Notes: a model not told the origin generated them from the sequence alone. DNA of 64,000 bases from an uncultured delta proteobacterium (GCA_963711565.1 CAVQEQ010000003.1:576001-640000), one strand, 5' to 3'; counted from the stretch's first letter, positions 17,563 through 28,868 are shown. Made by a program: numbers and translations.

Positions 17563-19964
17563 TTGCTCAACGCGGGCAGTGGAATCGTCAAAGTGTCATA
17601 GACAGTTATTCTCGGACCATAGGCGGCCTGGAAGATTCCGATACCCTCGGCCGGCCGAATCAGGTTGGTGCGATCGAAAATGTTAAGGAGTGTGATTCTA
17701 TTCGTCACCTCACCGATCGATGGCACTTGGAAGCCCCGCTGCACCGCAAGGTTTACCTGCACCACGTGCGGCAGCGATTCCAAATCGGCAAAGCCTCCCC
17801 TCAGACCGCTGCTGTAGATAACGTCGGAGCTGAACTCCCACGGCTTCCATCGATAGGTGATCCCGCCCGCGGCGCCGTAGAGCGGCTGATGGTCGAGCAC
17901 GATGTAGTGACGGTTTATGTAGCCGAGCTCATCGGGATCGAAGTTGAATTGTCCGGTCGCCACACCTTTCTGCATATTTCTACCGATAGTTGTGCTGGCA
18001 TGGGCCGAGAGGTGTTCGCCGTTGTAAGTTATCGCGGTTTCGGTGCCCCAGATGTAACCGTGCTTGTAGTTGAAGGGCGCGAAAATCGGCACGCTGCCAA
18101 ACTGCCCGGTATCCAGGTAGTGCTTGTTGTATTCGTAGAAAGCATCTTCCGAAACCGTGATGCCTTTCATCAGTTGATGAACTACACCCGCATCCCACTC
18201 GTAGTCGTCTTCAGTCTCAGGGTTGACACTTCCCGTTCCAGCGAATCCTGTCGTGCCGGCAAACGCGGCGGGAGCGCCCGGCGAAATTCCCTGGAAGCTC
18301 GGCACTTCCATATAGCGGGCAAAACCGGCGTGAAGGGTGGTGTCAGGCCGCGGCAAATAGACGAAATTGATATTGGGGTCGATCTGATTGTTGTAGGTAT
18401 AGCCGCTCAACCGATCCCATCGAACGCCGAAGCTGGCGCGCAGCTTCTCGGTGAGCTGCCATGTATCTTCCAGATAGATGCCGGACAGCAGGTTGATCTT
18501 GTTGGAATTGTTGATCACGCGCACCGGAGTCAGATGAGCGGGCGGCGGCGGTGTCGGAAGTGCGAACACCAGGGAGTTATCGTCGGACTCCACCCCGTAT
18601 TCGCCGAGATAGCCGCCCGCGCCGAGCGTGTGGTCGCCAAACTTATAAGTGACGTCGCCTTGCAGAGTATTATCGAAGTCGCTGTGAAAGGCGGTCGAGG
18701 CGACGCCCTGATAAATAAGTTCACCTACGTTGTCCGGCGTGTAGGTCTGCGAGATATAGTGAGTCGCATAGGCGAGCTGGTAGGTAAGTCCCGGCGCCGG
18801 CGCTCCATTCAGTGCAAGAATTCCCATGTAGTCACGAAAGTTGAGATAGGAATTGATATCGGCCGAGGGATAGTTACCGGTACCCACCAGCCCGAACTCG
18901 GGAGGAAGGTTGGCCTGGTTGGGGAGTTCGTTGTTGCTGGCGGATACAGACGTAATGAGACTCAGCTTGGTAGTTGGGTTCAAAGCATAGGTAAAAGAAC
19001 CAAAACCCTGACCCTGAATCGTAGAGTTATGGATAGCATCGGGCGCCGGCGTGGCGGAGCTAAAGGCGCTGTTGCTCATGCTATAAAGCCCGTTGACGTA
19101 GTAGCTGAACTTGCCGTCGCATCCGCCGTACTGAAAGCTCGGCTGGACGGTATCGCGCTGCCCGCCATACATGCCGGCACTGCCGCCTGGCTGTTCGCAT
19201 CCGTCCTTGGTTTCAATGCTCACCACTCCGCCTTGGGCGTAGCTGTAGCGCGCCGGCAGGATGCCATCGAGCAGACTCATCTGCTTGATGAACATCGGAT
19301 TGATCATCGAGATGAACGGTGGATTGGTATTGATGTCGAGCGGAACCGTAACGCCGTTGATCTCATACTGAAACTGGGGGCCTTCAAAGTTGCGGATGTG
19401 GATTTGCTGATTTTGATCGATCGCGACGCCCGGCATCTGGGCCAACACGTCGGTGATGTTGGTATTCTCGCCCTGCGGCAGATTGGAAATGTCCTGCGCC
19501 GTCATCGTGAACTTGTTCGAGCCCGTCGTCGAGACGCTATTCTGAGCGCGAATCAGACTGGCCTGCACCGGAACCTTCAACGCGGTCTCAGCGCCAAGCG
19601 CCAGTGAGATCGGCCCTGCAGTGCTGCGCGGAAAGTCGACAATCTTGTTTGCCGACTTGAAACCGGGCTTCGACGCTTCGAGCGAATAGATGCCGGGTTT
19701 TGCGGGAGCGATTTTGAAGTGTCCGGCCTGATCGGTGGATGCGTGCGCGATCGCGGCGCCATTGCTATCGAGCAATTCAAGCTTCACCTGCGCCAGCGAC
19801 CGGCCGAGCGTGTCGGTGACGGTACCGGAAATCGGTTGAGCGGCCGCTGAACAAACAGACGCGACGCCCAGCACCAGCGATATTGTGGACGCAAGCGCGA
19901 TAACCATCCAACGGGCTTTCGTGCCGGCGCTGGGTCTAGGGAATTCCGTGAACGATTGACTCAT
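17559..19964 (-). CDS. TonB-dependent receptor with N-terminal carboxypeptidase-regulatory-like domain
   Basis: ISGTVTDTLG...TDQAGHF N-domain; LAQMPGV, IHIRN plug; GVRWD, NIFD barrel motifs. Confidence 0.9.
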   Translation of the reverse strand: MSQSFTEFPRPSAGTKARWMVIALASTISLVLGVASVCSAAAQPISGTVTDTLGRSLAQVKLELLDSNGAAIAHASTDQAGHFKIAPAKPGIYSLEASKPGFKSANKIVDFPRSTAGPISLALGAETALKVPVQASLIRAQNSVSTTGSNKFTMTAQDISNLPQGENTNITDVLAQMPGVAIDQNQQIHIRNFEGPQFQYEINGVTVPLDINTNPPFISMINPMFIKQMSLLDGILPARYSYAQGGVVSIETKDGCEQPGGSAGMYGGQRDTVQPSFQYGGCDGKFSYYVNGLYSMSNSAFSSATPAPDAIHNSTIQGQGFGSFTYALNPTTKLSLITSVSASNNELPNQANLPPEFGLVGTGNYPSADINSYLNFRDYMGILALNGAPAPGLTYQLAYATHYISQTYTPDNVGELIYQGVASTAFHSDFDNTLQGDVTYKFGDHTLGAGGYLGEYGVESDDNSLVFALPTPPPPAHLTPVRVINNSNKINLLSGIYLEDTWQLTEKLRASFGVRWDRLSGYTYNNQIDPNINFVYLPRPDTTLHAGFARYMEVPSFQGISPGAPAAFAGTTGFAGTGSVNPETEDDYEWDAGVVHQLMKGITVSEDAFYEYNKHYLDTGQFGSVPIFAPFNYKHGYIWGTETAITYNGEHLSAHASTTIGRNMQKGVATGQFNFDPDELGYINRHYIVLDHQPLYGAAGGITYRWKPWEFSSDVIYSSGLRGGFADLESLPHVVQVNLAVQRGFQVPSIGEVTNRITLLNIFDRTNLIRPAEGIGIFQAAYGPRITVYDTLTIPLPALSK

Positions 19965-19980
19965 GCTTCCACCAAGCCGA

Positions 19981-19999
19981 ATTGAGAATGATTCTCAAT
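19981..19999. promoter_or_regulatory. Fur-family box
   Basis: Perfect 9-1-9 palindrome ATTGAGAAT-G-ATTCTCAAT, 16 bp upstream of the TonB receptor start. Confidence 0.85.
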
Positions 20000-20087
20000 A
20001 TCTAGATTGCCGGAGATTGTCAACCGTCCGCTCCAGTCGCCGCAAGCGGACTCGAGGGTGCTACGAAGTCAGCTCAGAACGTGAGAG

Positions 20088-20468
20088 TCACTGATTGGAC
20101 TTGGGAGCGGTCACTTCGGTAAACGCGCGGATCGCTTCGATCGCGGTCGGCACGCCGCTGTACTGCGAGACGTGGACGATCAGTTCCTTGATTTCTTCGG
20201 GCGGGATGCCGAGGTTCAGCGCTCCGCGCATGTGAAGCCGCAGCTCGGGCCCGCGCCCGAGCGCCATCAGCGCGGTCATCGTGATCAGCGAACGCAATTT
20301 GACTGGCAGGCCGGGGCGATTCCAAATCGTGCCAAACAGTTGTTCGTTCAGAAAGGTGGCGAAGCCTTCGTCGAAATTTCGAAGAAATTTGTCGCCGTCC
20401 TGCGCGGCCTTCTCGCCCCACAACTTCGTGCGCAACTCCATTCCTTTTTTTGCTGAATCGTCAGACAT
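20088..20468 (-). CDS. Carboxymuconolactone decarboxylase family protein
   Basis: FGTIWNRPGL..RSLIT, ELRLHMRGALNLG, YSGVP. Confidence 0.9.
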   Translation of the reverse strand: MSDDSAKKGMELRTKLWGEKAAQDGDKFLRNFDEGFATFLNEQLFGTIWNRPGLPVKLRSLITMTALMALGRGPELRLHMRGALNLGIPPEEIKELIVHVSQYSGVPTAIEAIRAFTEVTAPKSNQ

Positions 20469-20498
20469 GAGAACACCTCCGCGGTGATGTTGTGACAG

Positions 20499-21278
20499 TT
20501 ATGCGTTGCGTATCATCAGGCCGCCGTCAACCGGGATGATCGCGCCGGTGATGTACGAAGCGGCGGGAAGGCAGAGGCTGAACGTGATGTGCGCGACTTC
20601 TTCCGGATAGCCGTATCGCTTAAGCGCGGTGCGGCGCTTGGCGAAGATCGTCTTGTGCTCTTCGGGTATCGCGTCGGTCAGCGCGGTGCGAATCGGTCCG
20701 GGACAGATGCAGTTGACTGTAATTCCTTCGGGGCCAAGATCGACCGCCAGCGCGCGCGTGAGTCCAATCACTCCCGTCTTCGCGACCGCGTACGGGCTGT
20801 CGCCGGGCGTCGCGCCGAGGCCCTCGGTCGATGCGATGTTGACGATTCGCGCGGCGTCGGACTTGCGCAGATGCACGAGCGCGGCGCGGACCATCCGCTG
20901 TTGCGCGGTCAGCAGTCCTCCGATCGTACGGTCCCAAATCTTGTCGTAGTCGTCGGCACCGAGGGGGGAGAAGCCGCCGAAGCCGGCGTTGTTGATCAGG
21001 ATGTCAAGGCGGCCGAAGCGCGCGGCGACCTCGCCGACGACGCGTTTGATCTCAGCGTGATCGAGAACGTCGAGGCGCCATCCGTGCGCGATGCCACCGG
21101 CGGCGGCGATTTCCTCGACGACCCGCGCCACGCCCGCTGCGTTGATGTCGGTGACCGCGACGAGCGCGCCTTCATCCGCAAACAAATGAGCGGTCGCGCG
21201 GCCCATCCCGCTGGCAGCGCCGGTAACGATCACGCCGCGCCCCTTCACCGAACGATCGAGTTTCTTCACTGGCTCCAC
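20499..21278 (-). CDS. SDR family oxidoreductase
   Basis: TGAASGMG, NNAG, YAVAK, VNCICPG. Confidence 0.95.
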   Translation of the reverse strand: MEPVKKLDRSVKGRGVIVTGAASGMGRATAHLFADEGALVAVTDINAAGVARVVEEIAAAGGIAHGWRLDVLDHAEIKRVVGEVAARFGRLDILINNAGFGGFSPLGADDYDKIWDRTIGGLLTAQQRMVRAALVHLRKSDAARIVNIASTEGLGATPGDSPYAVAKTGVIGLTRALAVDLGPEGITVNCICPGPIRTALTDAIPEEHKTIFAKRRTALKRYGYPEEVAHITFSLCLPAASYITGAIIPVDGGLMIRNA

Positions 21279-21373
21279 TTTATTTCTCCGTGTCTGACGA
21301 TTGTCGAGCTATCACACTCGATGTTAGTTGGGGTAGTGAAACGAGTGATCGTCACCACGAACGGAGAAATCTG

Positions 21374-22165
21374 ATGGAATTCGAACGCGTAAAACTCGAC
21401 ATCGAAGGTCCCGTCGGTATCGTAACGCTCAATCATCCCGAAGTCATGAATGCCGTCTCGGCCGAGATGCTCAGCGGGCTGATGAAGGCGCTCGATCACG
21501 TCGAGGATCCGAAGAACGGCGTGCGATGCGTGCTGATGACCGGCGCGGGCCGCGGCTTTTGTGCCGGCGCCAATTTGCAGCCGAGCGGCGGCGGTCCCAG
21601 CGGCTCGCGCGACGCCGGCTCCGTGCTCGAAACGCAATACCATCCATTCCTGCGACGCCTGCGCGAACTGCCGATTCCATTCGTGACCGCGGTGAACGGC
21701 GCTGCGGCCGGCGTCGGGATGAGCTTCGCGCTGATGGGCGACCTCGTGCTGTGCGCGCGATCGGCGTATTTCCTGCAAGCGTTCCGCCGTATCGGCCTGA
21801 TTCCCGATGGAGGTTCGACCTGGATTCTGCCGCGGCTCGTCGGCAAGGCGCGCGCGATGGAGCTTTCGCTGCTGGCAGAGAAATTGCCGGCCGACAAAGC
21901 GCTCGAATGGGGCCTCATCAACCGAGTCTTCGACGATGCGGAGCTGATTGCGAAAGCGAAAGAGATCGCGCGCGACCTTGCGAGTGGGCCGACGGTCGCA
22001 CTCAGCCTGATTCGGCGGCTCTACTGGGAAAGCGCCGACAATACCTATGAGGAACAGATCAACCTCGAGCGTCAGATGCAGCGCAAGGCCGGCAACACAG
22101 CGGACTTCGCCGAAGGCGTGCGCGCGTTCCTCGAGAAGCGTCCCGCGAAGTTCAAAGGTGAATGA
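21374..22165 (+). CDS. Enoyl-CoA hydratase/isomerase (PaaG-like)
   Basis: FCAGANL, AVNGAAAGVG, IGLIPDGG, EGVRAFLEKR; RBS GGAG. Confidence 0.92.
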   Translation: MEFERVKLDIEGPVGIVTLNHPEVMNAVSAEMLSGLMKALDHVEDPKNGVRCVLMTGAGRGFCAGANLQPSGGGPSGSRDAGSVLETQYHPFLRRLRELPIPFVTAVNGAAAGVGMSFALMGDLVLCARSAYFLQAFRRIGLIPDGGSTWILPRLVGKARAMELSLLAEKLPADKALEWGLINRVFDDAELIAKAKEIARDLASGPTVALSLIRRLYWESADNTYEEQINLERQMQRKAGNTADFAEGVRAFLEKRPAKFKGE

Positions 22166-23199
22166 CCATGGCGAACACCGAAAAAGATCGCGACGCGTGG
22201 TTGGCGCAAGTCAGTGAGGATGCGCTCGAGCCGGAACTGCCGATTGTCGATCCGCATCATCACCTGTGGGACCATCCGGGCAGCCGCTACATGCTCGACG
22301 AGATTTTGCGCGATACCAATTCGGGGCATCGCGTGCTCGCGACGGTGTTCGTCGAGTGCATGTCGATGTATCGCGCCGACGGCCCGGAACCGATGCGGCC
22401 GGTCGGTGAGACGGAGTTCGTCAACGGCATCGCAGCGCAAAGCGCGAGCGGGCAATACGGCGAGACTCGCGTCGCGGCTGGAATCGTCGGCTTTGCGGAT
22501 CTGACGCTGGGCGACGCGGTAGTGCCCGTTCTCGAGGCGCATATCGCGGCGGCGCGGGCGCGTTTTCGCGGCATCCGGCACGCGGGCGGCTTCGACGCGA
22601 GTCCCGACGTGAGGAATTCGCACACCAATCCGCCGCCGGATTTGTACGAATCGAAGCGTTTTCGCGAAGGCTTCGGCAAGTTGAAGGGATTAAATCTCAG
22701 CTTCGAGGCGTGGCAGTACCATCCGCAGATGCCGGCGGTGACTGCGCTCGCGAAGGCGTTCCCGGATACGACGATCGTGCTCAATCACTTTGGCGGACCG
22801 CTGGGGATCGGTCCCTACGAGGGCCGCCGCGCGGAAATATTCGGCGAATGGAAGAAGAACCTCACGGAGCTCGCGCGATGCCCGAACGTCGTGGCCAAGC
22901 TCGGCGGAATCAACATGCCGGTGAATGGCTTCGGGTGGCATCGCAGGCCCACGCCGCCAACCTCTGAAGAACTCGTATCGGCGACGCGCGACTACTATCT
23001 GCACGCGATCGATCAGTTTGGTCCGCGGCGATGCATGTTCGAAAGTAACTTCCCGGTGGACCGGGTTTCATGCTCGTACGTCGTGCTGTGGAACGCCTTC
23101 AAGAAAATCGCGGCCGGGTTCAATCGGGAGGAAAAAGCGCAGCTATTCCATCGCACCGCGGCTGAGGTCTATCGGCTGAAACTGGCGAATCCAGCCTGA
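22162..23199 (+). CDS. Amidohydrolase_2 family protein
   Basis: DPHHHLW, RGIRH, NHFGG, FESNFPVD; ATGA overlap with the upstream gene. Confidence 0.9.
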   Translation: MTMANTEKDRDAWLAQVSEDALEPELPIVDPHHHLWDHPGSRYMLDEILRDTNSGHRVLATVFVECMSMYRADGPEPMRPVGETEFVNGIAAQSASGQYGETRVAAGIVGFADLTLGDAVVPVLEAHIAAARARFRGIRHAGGFDASPDVRNSHTNPPPDLYESKRFREGFGKLKGLNLSFEAWQYHPQMPAVTALAKAFPDTTIVLNHFGGPLGIGPYEGRRAEIFGEWKKNLTELARCPNVVAKLGGINMPVNGFGWHRRPTPPTSEELVSATRDYYLHAIDQFGPRRCMFESNFPVDRVSCSYVVLWNAFKKIAAGFNREEKAQLFHRTAAEVYRLKLANPA

Positions 23200-23306
23200 T
23201 CGCCCGTCGTAAAACTGCGTCGTTCGCTTCGATTGAACAATCTGTGCACCCGGTTGTCACGCCTTATTTGTGACAGCTCAGGCCGAGCAGACGAGGCAGG
23301 TGACTT

Positions 23307-23489
23307 ATGGCTACGACGCTTGCGCGGAAACGGGCGGCAGAGGTTAGTTCCGTTGGCTTTATCGATCGCGCGGGAAATTCGCGAAGGAAGACGGCGCTAT
23401 CCGGCCTTGTGGACGAGCTGGTGGTCGCGTTCTTCGTGGCGATGGCCGTCATGTGGGTCGTCACGACGATCGCCGGGATTTTTGGATAG
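23307..23489 (+). CDS. Small single-TM hypothetical protein
   Basis: 60 aa; GAGG/AGGTG upstream; basic N-terminus and C-terminal hydrophobic helix; fills an intergenic gap. Confidence 0.5.
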   Translation: MATTLARKRAAEVSSVGFIDRAGNSRRKTALSGLVDELVVAFFVAMAVMWVVTTIAGIFG

Positions 23490-23493
23490 ACGC

Positions 23494-24465
<972 letters not shown>

Positions 24466-24649
24466 GATGTCCTCGTCTACGTATTGAATAGCCGAATCGG
24501 CGCGGTGATCGGAAGCGCCGTTTTCTGTATTCACGGCGGGCGCCGACGAATGCGTGCGAATAGTACGATGCCAAGTTCTGTCGCTGAGAACGAGATGCTA
24601 AAATTGTAGCCTGGTTGTAGCGGGGATCGCGTCGTAAGAGGGAGGATTC

Positions 24650-27487
24650 GTGACGAGCGTTGGCGGCGGGGTACGGTCCGCATCTTCATACTCAGCTCTG
24701 CGTGCGGCCGTTGCGTCATTGGTCCTCACTGTCACGATTTTGGTCGCGGCGGGCGCGCATGCCCAGGTAAGCGCGGGCAACGCCAAGACCGGCAAGTTGG
24801 TGAGCAAGCTTGCCGTGACGCCGAAGCAACTGGACTTCAGCCGAATACATCTATCGAGCGGGACCGTAACAGAAGCCAAGTCCTTCACCATCGAGGACAC
24901 TGGCGGGGTTGCCCTCTCGGTAACCGTTGGAGCACCAAGCGGAAGCCAATTCTTCACGATATTGTCGGGACAGGGAACGGCGGTGATTCAGCCGCACGGC
25001 GCTTCAACCGTCACGGTGGAATTTGCGCCGCTCCACTCTTCGAAGAGTTTCACGGCAAGCATCGCGATCGACAGCGACGCGACCGCCGGCACCGCCAAGG
25101 ATAAAGTCAAGCTGACGGGATCCGCAAAAGGATCGCTACCGGCCACGCCCACCGCAACCGCGACTGCGACGCCGACCGCCTCGGCAACGCCCACGGCTAC
25201 TGCAACGCTCACGGCCACCGCCACTGGTACTGCAACAAGAACTGCCACGGCAACCGCAACGGCCACTTCGACCGCGACCCCTACCGCCACCGCGACTCAT
25301 ACTGCAACGCCAACGGCTACAGCTACTGCAACGCCGACGGCCACAGCCACCGCGACTGCAACGAGAACGGTCACTGCAACACCATCGGCCACCGCAACGA
25401 GAACTGCCACGGAAACCGCAACGGCCACTGCGACCGCCACTCTTACTGCAACGCGGACGGCCACGGCCACCGTCTCTGCTACGCCAACAGCCACTGCGAC
25501 CGCGACGCTTACAGCGACCGCTACCGCGACCTCAACGGCCACGGCAACACTCACGGTCACTGCGACGGCAACTGCAACCCTGACCGCAACGCCAACCGCG
25601 ACCGCGACTGTGACGGCAACGCCCACCGCTACCGCGACCTCAACGCCGACGACCACCGCAACTGCGACGGCAACGCCCACGGCGACAGTAACTGCGACAG
25701 CGAGCAGGACAGTGACCGCAACTGCGACGCCGACATCCGCCGCGACAACGACGGCGACTCGAACTGTAACGCCGACATCCACGGCGACCGCAACTCAGAC
25801 TGCAACCGCAACGTCAACCGCCAACGGCACGGCGACTCGAACCGCTACGGCGACTGCAACGCTTACTCCGACCGCAACGGCGACCCCGACTCTGACGGCG
25901 ACGGCCACATCAACCGCCGCCGCTACATCAACGGCGACTTCGACCTCCAGCGCGACGCCTACACCCGCCGTCCAGACCGACGTGCTGACCTATCACAACG
26001 ATATCGAGCGCACCGGCCAAAATCTGACCGAAAGCGTTCTGACGACCAGCAACATCAACAACGTCACCAACCCAACGCCTTCGTTCGGTCAGCTGTTCCA
26101 GGATTCGGTTGATGGACTGGTTGACGCGCAGCCGCTCATCAAGACGCAGGTGAGTATCCCGGGCCATGGCGTACACGACGTGCTCTACGTCGTCACCGAG
26201 AATGACAGCGTCTACGCGTTTGACGCCGACACGAGCGGGCCGCCTCTTTGGCAGGTATCGGTGGTCGGCACAGGTGAGACTCCCTCGGATCCGCGGGGAT
26301 GCAGCCAGGTGCCGAACCAAATCGGCATCACCTCGACGCCGGTTATCGATCCTTCGGCGGGCCCCAACGGCACCATTTACCTGGTGGCAATGTCCAAGAA
26401 CACGACGACCAGCGCCTACATCCAGCGCCTCCACGCGCTCGACATGACGACCGGCGCCGAAGAATTCGGCGGTCCAGCTACCGTCACGGCAACTTTTTCT
26501 CCCGGTCCCGCTTTCAGTCCGGGGCAGTACAAGGAACGCGCGGCATTGCTCCTGCTCAACGGCCAGATCATCACCACATGGGCATCGCATTGCGATGACA
26601 AGCCGTACAACGGCTGGATCATGGCCTACGATCAGAACACGCTGGCGCAGACTTCCGTTCTGGATATCACTCCCAGCGGCAGCGAAGGCGCGATTTGGCA
26701 GGCCGGAGGCGGACCGGCGGCTGACAGCTCGGGCAACATCTATCTGCTGGACGGCAACGGTACGTTCGACACGACTCTCACCGCGCAGGAATTCCCGAGC
26801 AAAGGAGATTTCGGCAACGGTTTCCTCAAACTGTCGAACTCGAGCGGATTACAGGTCACCGACTTCTTCGAGCCTTACGACACCGTCAACGAGTCGAACG
26901 AAGACGCTGATTTGGGCTCGGGCGCATCGATGGTGTTGCCCGACATGACCGACTCGACCGGCACGACCAAGTCTCTCGCGGTCGGCGCCGGCAAGGACGG
27001 CAACATCTACCTCGTCGATCGCACTAACATGGGCAAATGGAACTCCACGAGCAACAACAATCTAAACGCCTACCAGGTACTGACGGGAGCATTGGACAAC
27101 GGCGAATGGGCGGTGCCGGCGTATTTCAATTTCACTCTTTACTATGGCGGAGTGAGCGAACCACTTCAGGCGTTCGGGTTTACGCAGGCCAAGCTCGGAG
27201 CGATGCCGTCGTCGATCAGCAGCGAGACCTACGCCTACCCCGGGACGTCGCCGAGCATTTCGGCCAACGGCACGAGCAACGCAATCGTGTGGGCAATCGA
27301 GAATGGATCAAGCGGTGGAGTTCTGCACGCTTATGCGGCGACCAACCTGGCCACCGAATTGTACAACAGCAGCAAGGTGGCCGCGGACGGTTTCTCGGAC
27401 AACAAGTTCGTCACGCCGACTATCGCGAATGGCAAGGTGTACGTCGGTACGCCGAACAGCGTCGCGGTATTCGGGCTAAAGCCCTGA
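24650..27487 (+). CDS. Secreted protein: Ig-like domain, Thr/Ala-rich linker and PQQ-like beta-propeller
   Basis: Signal peptide; Ig-like N-domain; long TATATPT tract; DVLTYHND.RTGQN start and PTIANGKVYVG end; GTG start with GGAGG. Confidence 0.8.
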   Translation: MTSVGGGVRSASSYSALRAAVASLVLTVTILVAAGAHAQVSAGNAKTGKLVSKLAVTPKQLDFSRIHLSSGTVTEAKSFTIEDTGGVALSVTVGAPSGSQFFTILSGQGTAVIQPHGASTVTVEFAPLHSSKSFTASIAIDSDATAGTAKDKVKLTGSAKGSLPATPTATATATPTASATPTATATLTATATGTATRTATATATATSTATPTATATHTATPTATATATPTATATATATRTVTATPSATATRTATETATATATATLTATRTATATVSATPTATATATLTATATATSTATATLTVTATATATLTATPTATATVTATPTATATSTPTTTATATATPTATVTATASRTVTATATPTSAATTTATRTVTPTSTATATQTATATSTANGTATRTATATATLTPTATATPTLTATATSTAAATSTATSTSSATPTPAVQTDVLTYHNDIERTGQNLTESVLTTSNINNVTNPTPSFGQLFQDSVDGLVDAQPLIKTQVSIPGHGVHDVLYVVTENDSVYAFDADTSGPPLWQVSVVGTGETPSDPRGCSQVPNQIGITSTPVIDPSAGPNGTIYLVAMSKNTTTSAYIQRLHALDMTTGAEEFGGPATVTATFSPGPAFSPGQYKERAALLLLNGQIITTWASHCDDKPYNGWIMAYDQNTLAQTSVLDITPSGSEGAIWQAGGGPAADSSGNIYLLDGNGTFDTTLTAQEFPSKGDFGNGFLKLSNSSGLQVTDFFEPYDTVNESNEDADLGSGASMVLPDMTDSTGTTKSLAVGAGKDGNIYLVDRTNMGKWNSTSNNNLNAYQVLTGALDNGEWAVPAYFNFTLYYGGVSEPLQAFGFTQAKLGAMPSSISSETYAYPGTSPSISANGTSNAIVWAIENGSSGGVLHAYAATNLATELYNSSKVAADGFSDNKFVTPTIANGKVYVGTPNSVAVFGLKP
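25141..25966 (+). repeat. Low-complexity coding repeat (ACN GCN)n encoding a Thr/Ala/Pro stalk
   Basis: About 275 codons of TATAT[P/L/R/V]T with varied synonymous codons. Confidence 0.9.
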
Positions 27488-28249
27488 GCCGGTACCGCTC
27501 GGATTCTTCCGGTTGGCGGCGATGAACCGAAGCATCAGCGCCTGCAGCTCCGCGCCATGTGGTCCGAACAGAATCGCGGTGCCGTGCGCGCGGCCCGGGT
27601 AAACCTCGATCGATTTCGGCGCCACCGCCGATCGAAACAGGATTTCCGGCTGCCCTCCGACCAATGGATCGCCGGCCGACGTAACAAACAGTATCGGCGC
27701 GCGAACGTGGCGGATTGAATCGGTAACCACGAGTCCGCCAAAGCTGGTCGGCACCGAGATGCAAATGATTCCCGCCACGTCCTCGCGCGCGGCTACCAGG
27801 ATTGCGGCCTCGGCGCCGAGACTCGCGCCTGCGATGAAGATCTGCGAGACGCGCCGGCGCATGAACTGGTAGGCGGCCAACAGGTCGGTGCCGGCGAACT
27901 CGGTGCCTGAAGTCCCCTCCGATTCAGTGAATCCGCGAAAATCAAAAGTCAGCGCCTGATAGCCGTGCGCCGCGAGTACTTGCGCAAAATCGGTCCAGTC
28001 GGACTGATCGGCGGGATACATATGCGCCAGGATCACGCCGGTCGAGCCGGTCCCATAAAGATGGCCGCGTAGCAGCACGCCGTCGGAAGTCGTGAACGAG
28101 ACGTGCTCGCCGCCGAGATCCTGCGGCTTACGCCGCGAATTCGGCGCGAAGCATCCCGCGACTAGCGTGAAGACGATCGAAAGCGCAACTGCGCCGCTCC
28201 TTCGCCGCGCTTGTAAGGAGCCTGATCGCTGGTAGTAAGATGGGGCCAT
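27476..28249 (-). CDS. Alpha/beta hydrolase, probable lipoprotein (start uncertain)
   Basis: LVAGC lipobox, FDFRGF, GASLG nucleophile elbow, AHGT. Confidence 0.8.
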   Translation of the reverse strand: MAPSYYQRSGSLQARRRSGAVALSIVFTLVAGCFAPNSRRKPQDLGGEHVSFTTSDGVLLRGHLYGTGSTGVILAHMYPADQSDWTDFAQVLAAHGYQALTFDFRGFTESEGTSGTEFAGTDLLAAYQFMRRRVSQIFIAGASLGAEAAILVAAREDVAGIICISVPTSFGGLVVTDSIRHVRAPILFVTSAGDPLVGGQPEILFRSAVAPKSIEVYPGRAHGTAILFGPHGAELQALMLRFIAANRKNPSGTGSGL

Positions 28250-28262
28250 CGGAGGAAGCAAC

Positions 28263-28868
28263 ATGACAAAACTTCACGGAACTTCAAGATCACGCAGCGC
28301 CCGGTCTTTGTGGGCGCTCGAAGAGCTCGGCGTCAGCTACGAGCATCTTCCGATGCCGACTACCGACGCCAAGTCGCCCGCGCATCTCAAGCTCAATCCC
28401 AACGGCCACGTGCCCGTGCTCGAAGACGACGGCGCCGTGGTTTGGGAATCGATGGCGATCAATCTCTACCTGGCCGAAAAATACGGCAAGAATTCGCTGT
28501 GGCCGTCCGATCCCGCCGCGCGCGCCGAGATCTACAAGTGGAGTTTCTGGGCGATAACCGAAGTCGAGCCGCATCTCCTCACCTTGTTGCGCAACCGCGT
28601 GATGGCTCCGCCCGATCAGCGTGACGAGAAGGCCGCGCAGGCCGCCGTCGAAGCGTTGAAGGCGCCGATGAACGCGCTCGAGGAATCGCTCAAGGGCAAG
28701 GAATTTCTGCTCGGCAAGAACTTTACGATCGCGGATCTGAATGTAGCAGCGGTCATGAGTTGGATGCCGATGATGAAGCTGGACCTGTCGTCAACGCCGA
28801 ACGTTGCGGCATGGCTGCAGAAGTGTCTCGGACGCGAAGCGAATAAAAAAGTTCGCGGGCTGAAGTAA
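28263..28868 (+). CDS. Glutathione S-transferase family protein
   Basis: LNPNGHVPVL, WESMAINLYL, FTIADL. Confidence 0.93.
   Translation: MTKLHGTSRSRSARSLWALEELGVSYEHLPMPTTDAKSPAHLKLNPNGHVPVLEDDGAVVWESMAINLYLAEKYGKNSLWPSDPAARAEIYKWSFWAITEVEPHLLTLLRNRVMAPPDQRDEKAAQAAVEALKAPMNALEESLKGKEFLLGKNFTIADLNVAAVMSWMPMMKLDLSSTPNVAAWLQKCLGREANKKVRGLK

Noticed and set aside
17727-19607. 626-aa plus-strand ORF, and similar long antisense ORFs (259-1272, 32433-33725, 50667-52001, 57365-58813)
   Set aside because: They are antisense shadows of well-supported genes, expected from GC-rich codon bias, and show no recognisable motifs
24988-25782. Val/Ala-repeat ORFs on the minus strand; possible CRISPR or tandem array
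   Set aside because: Reverse complement of the Thr/Ala coding tract; no constant repeat-spacer structure
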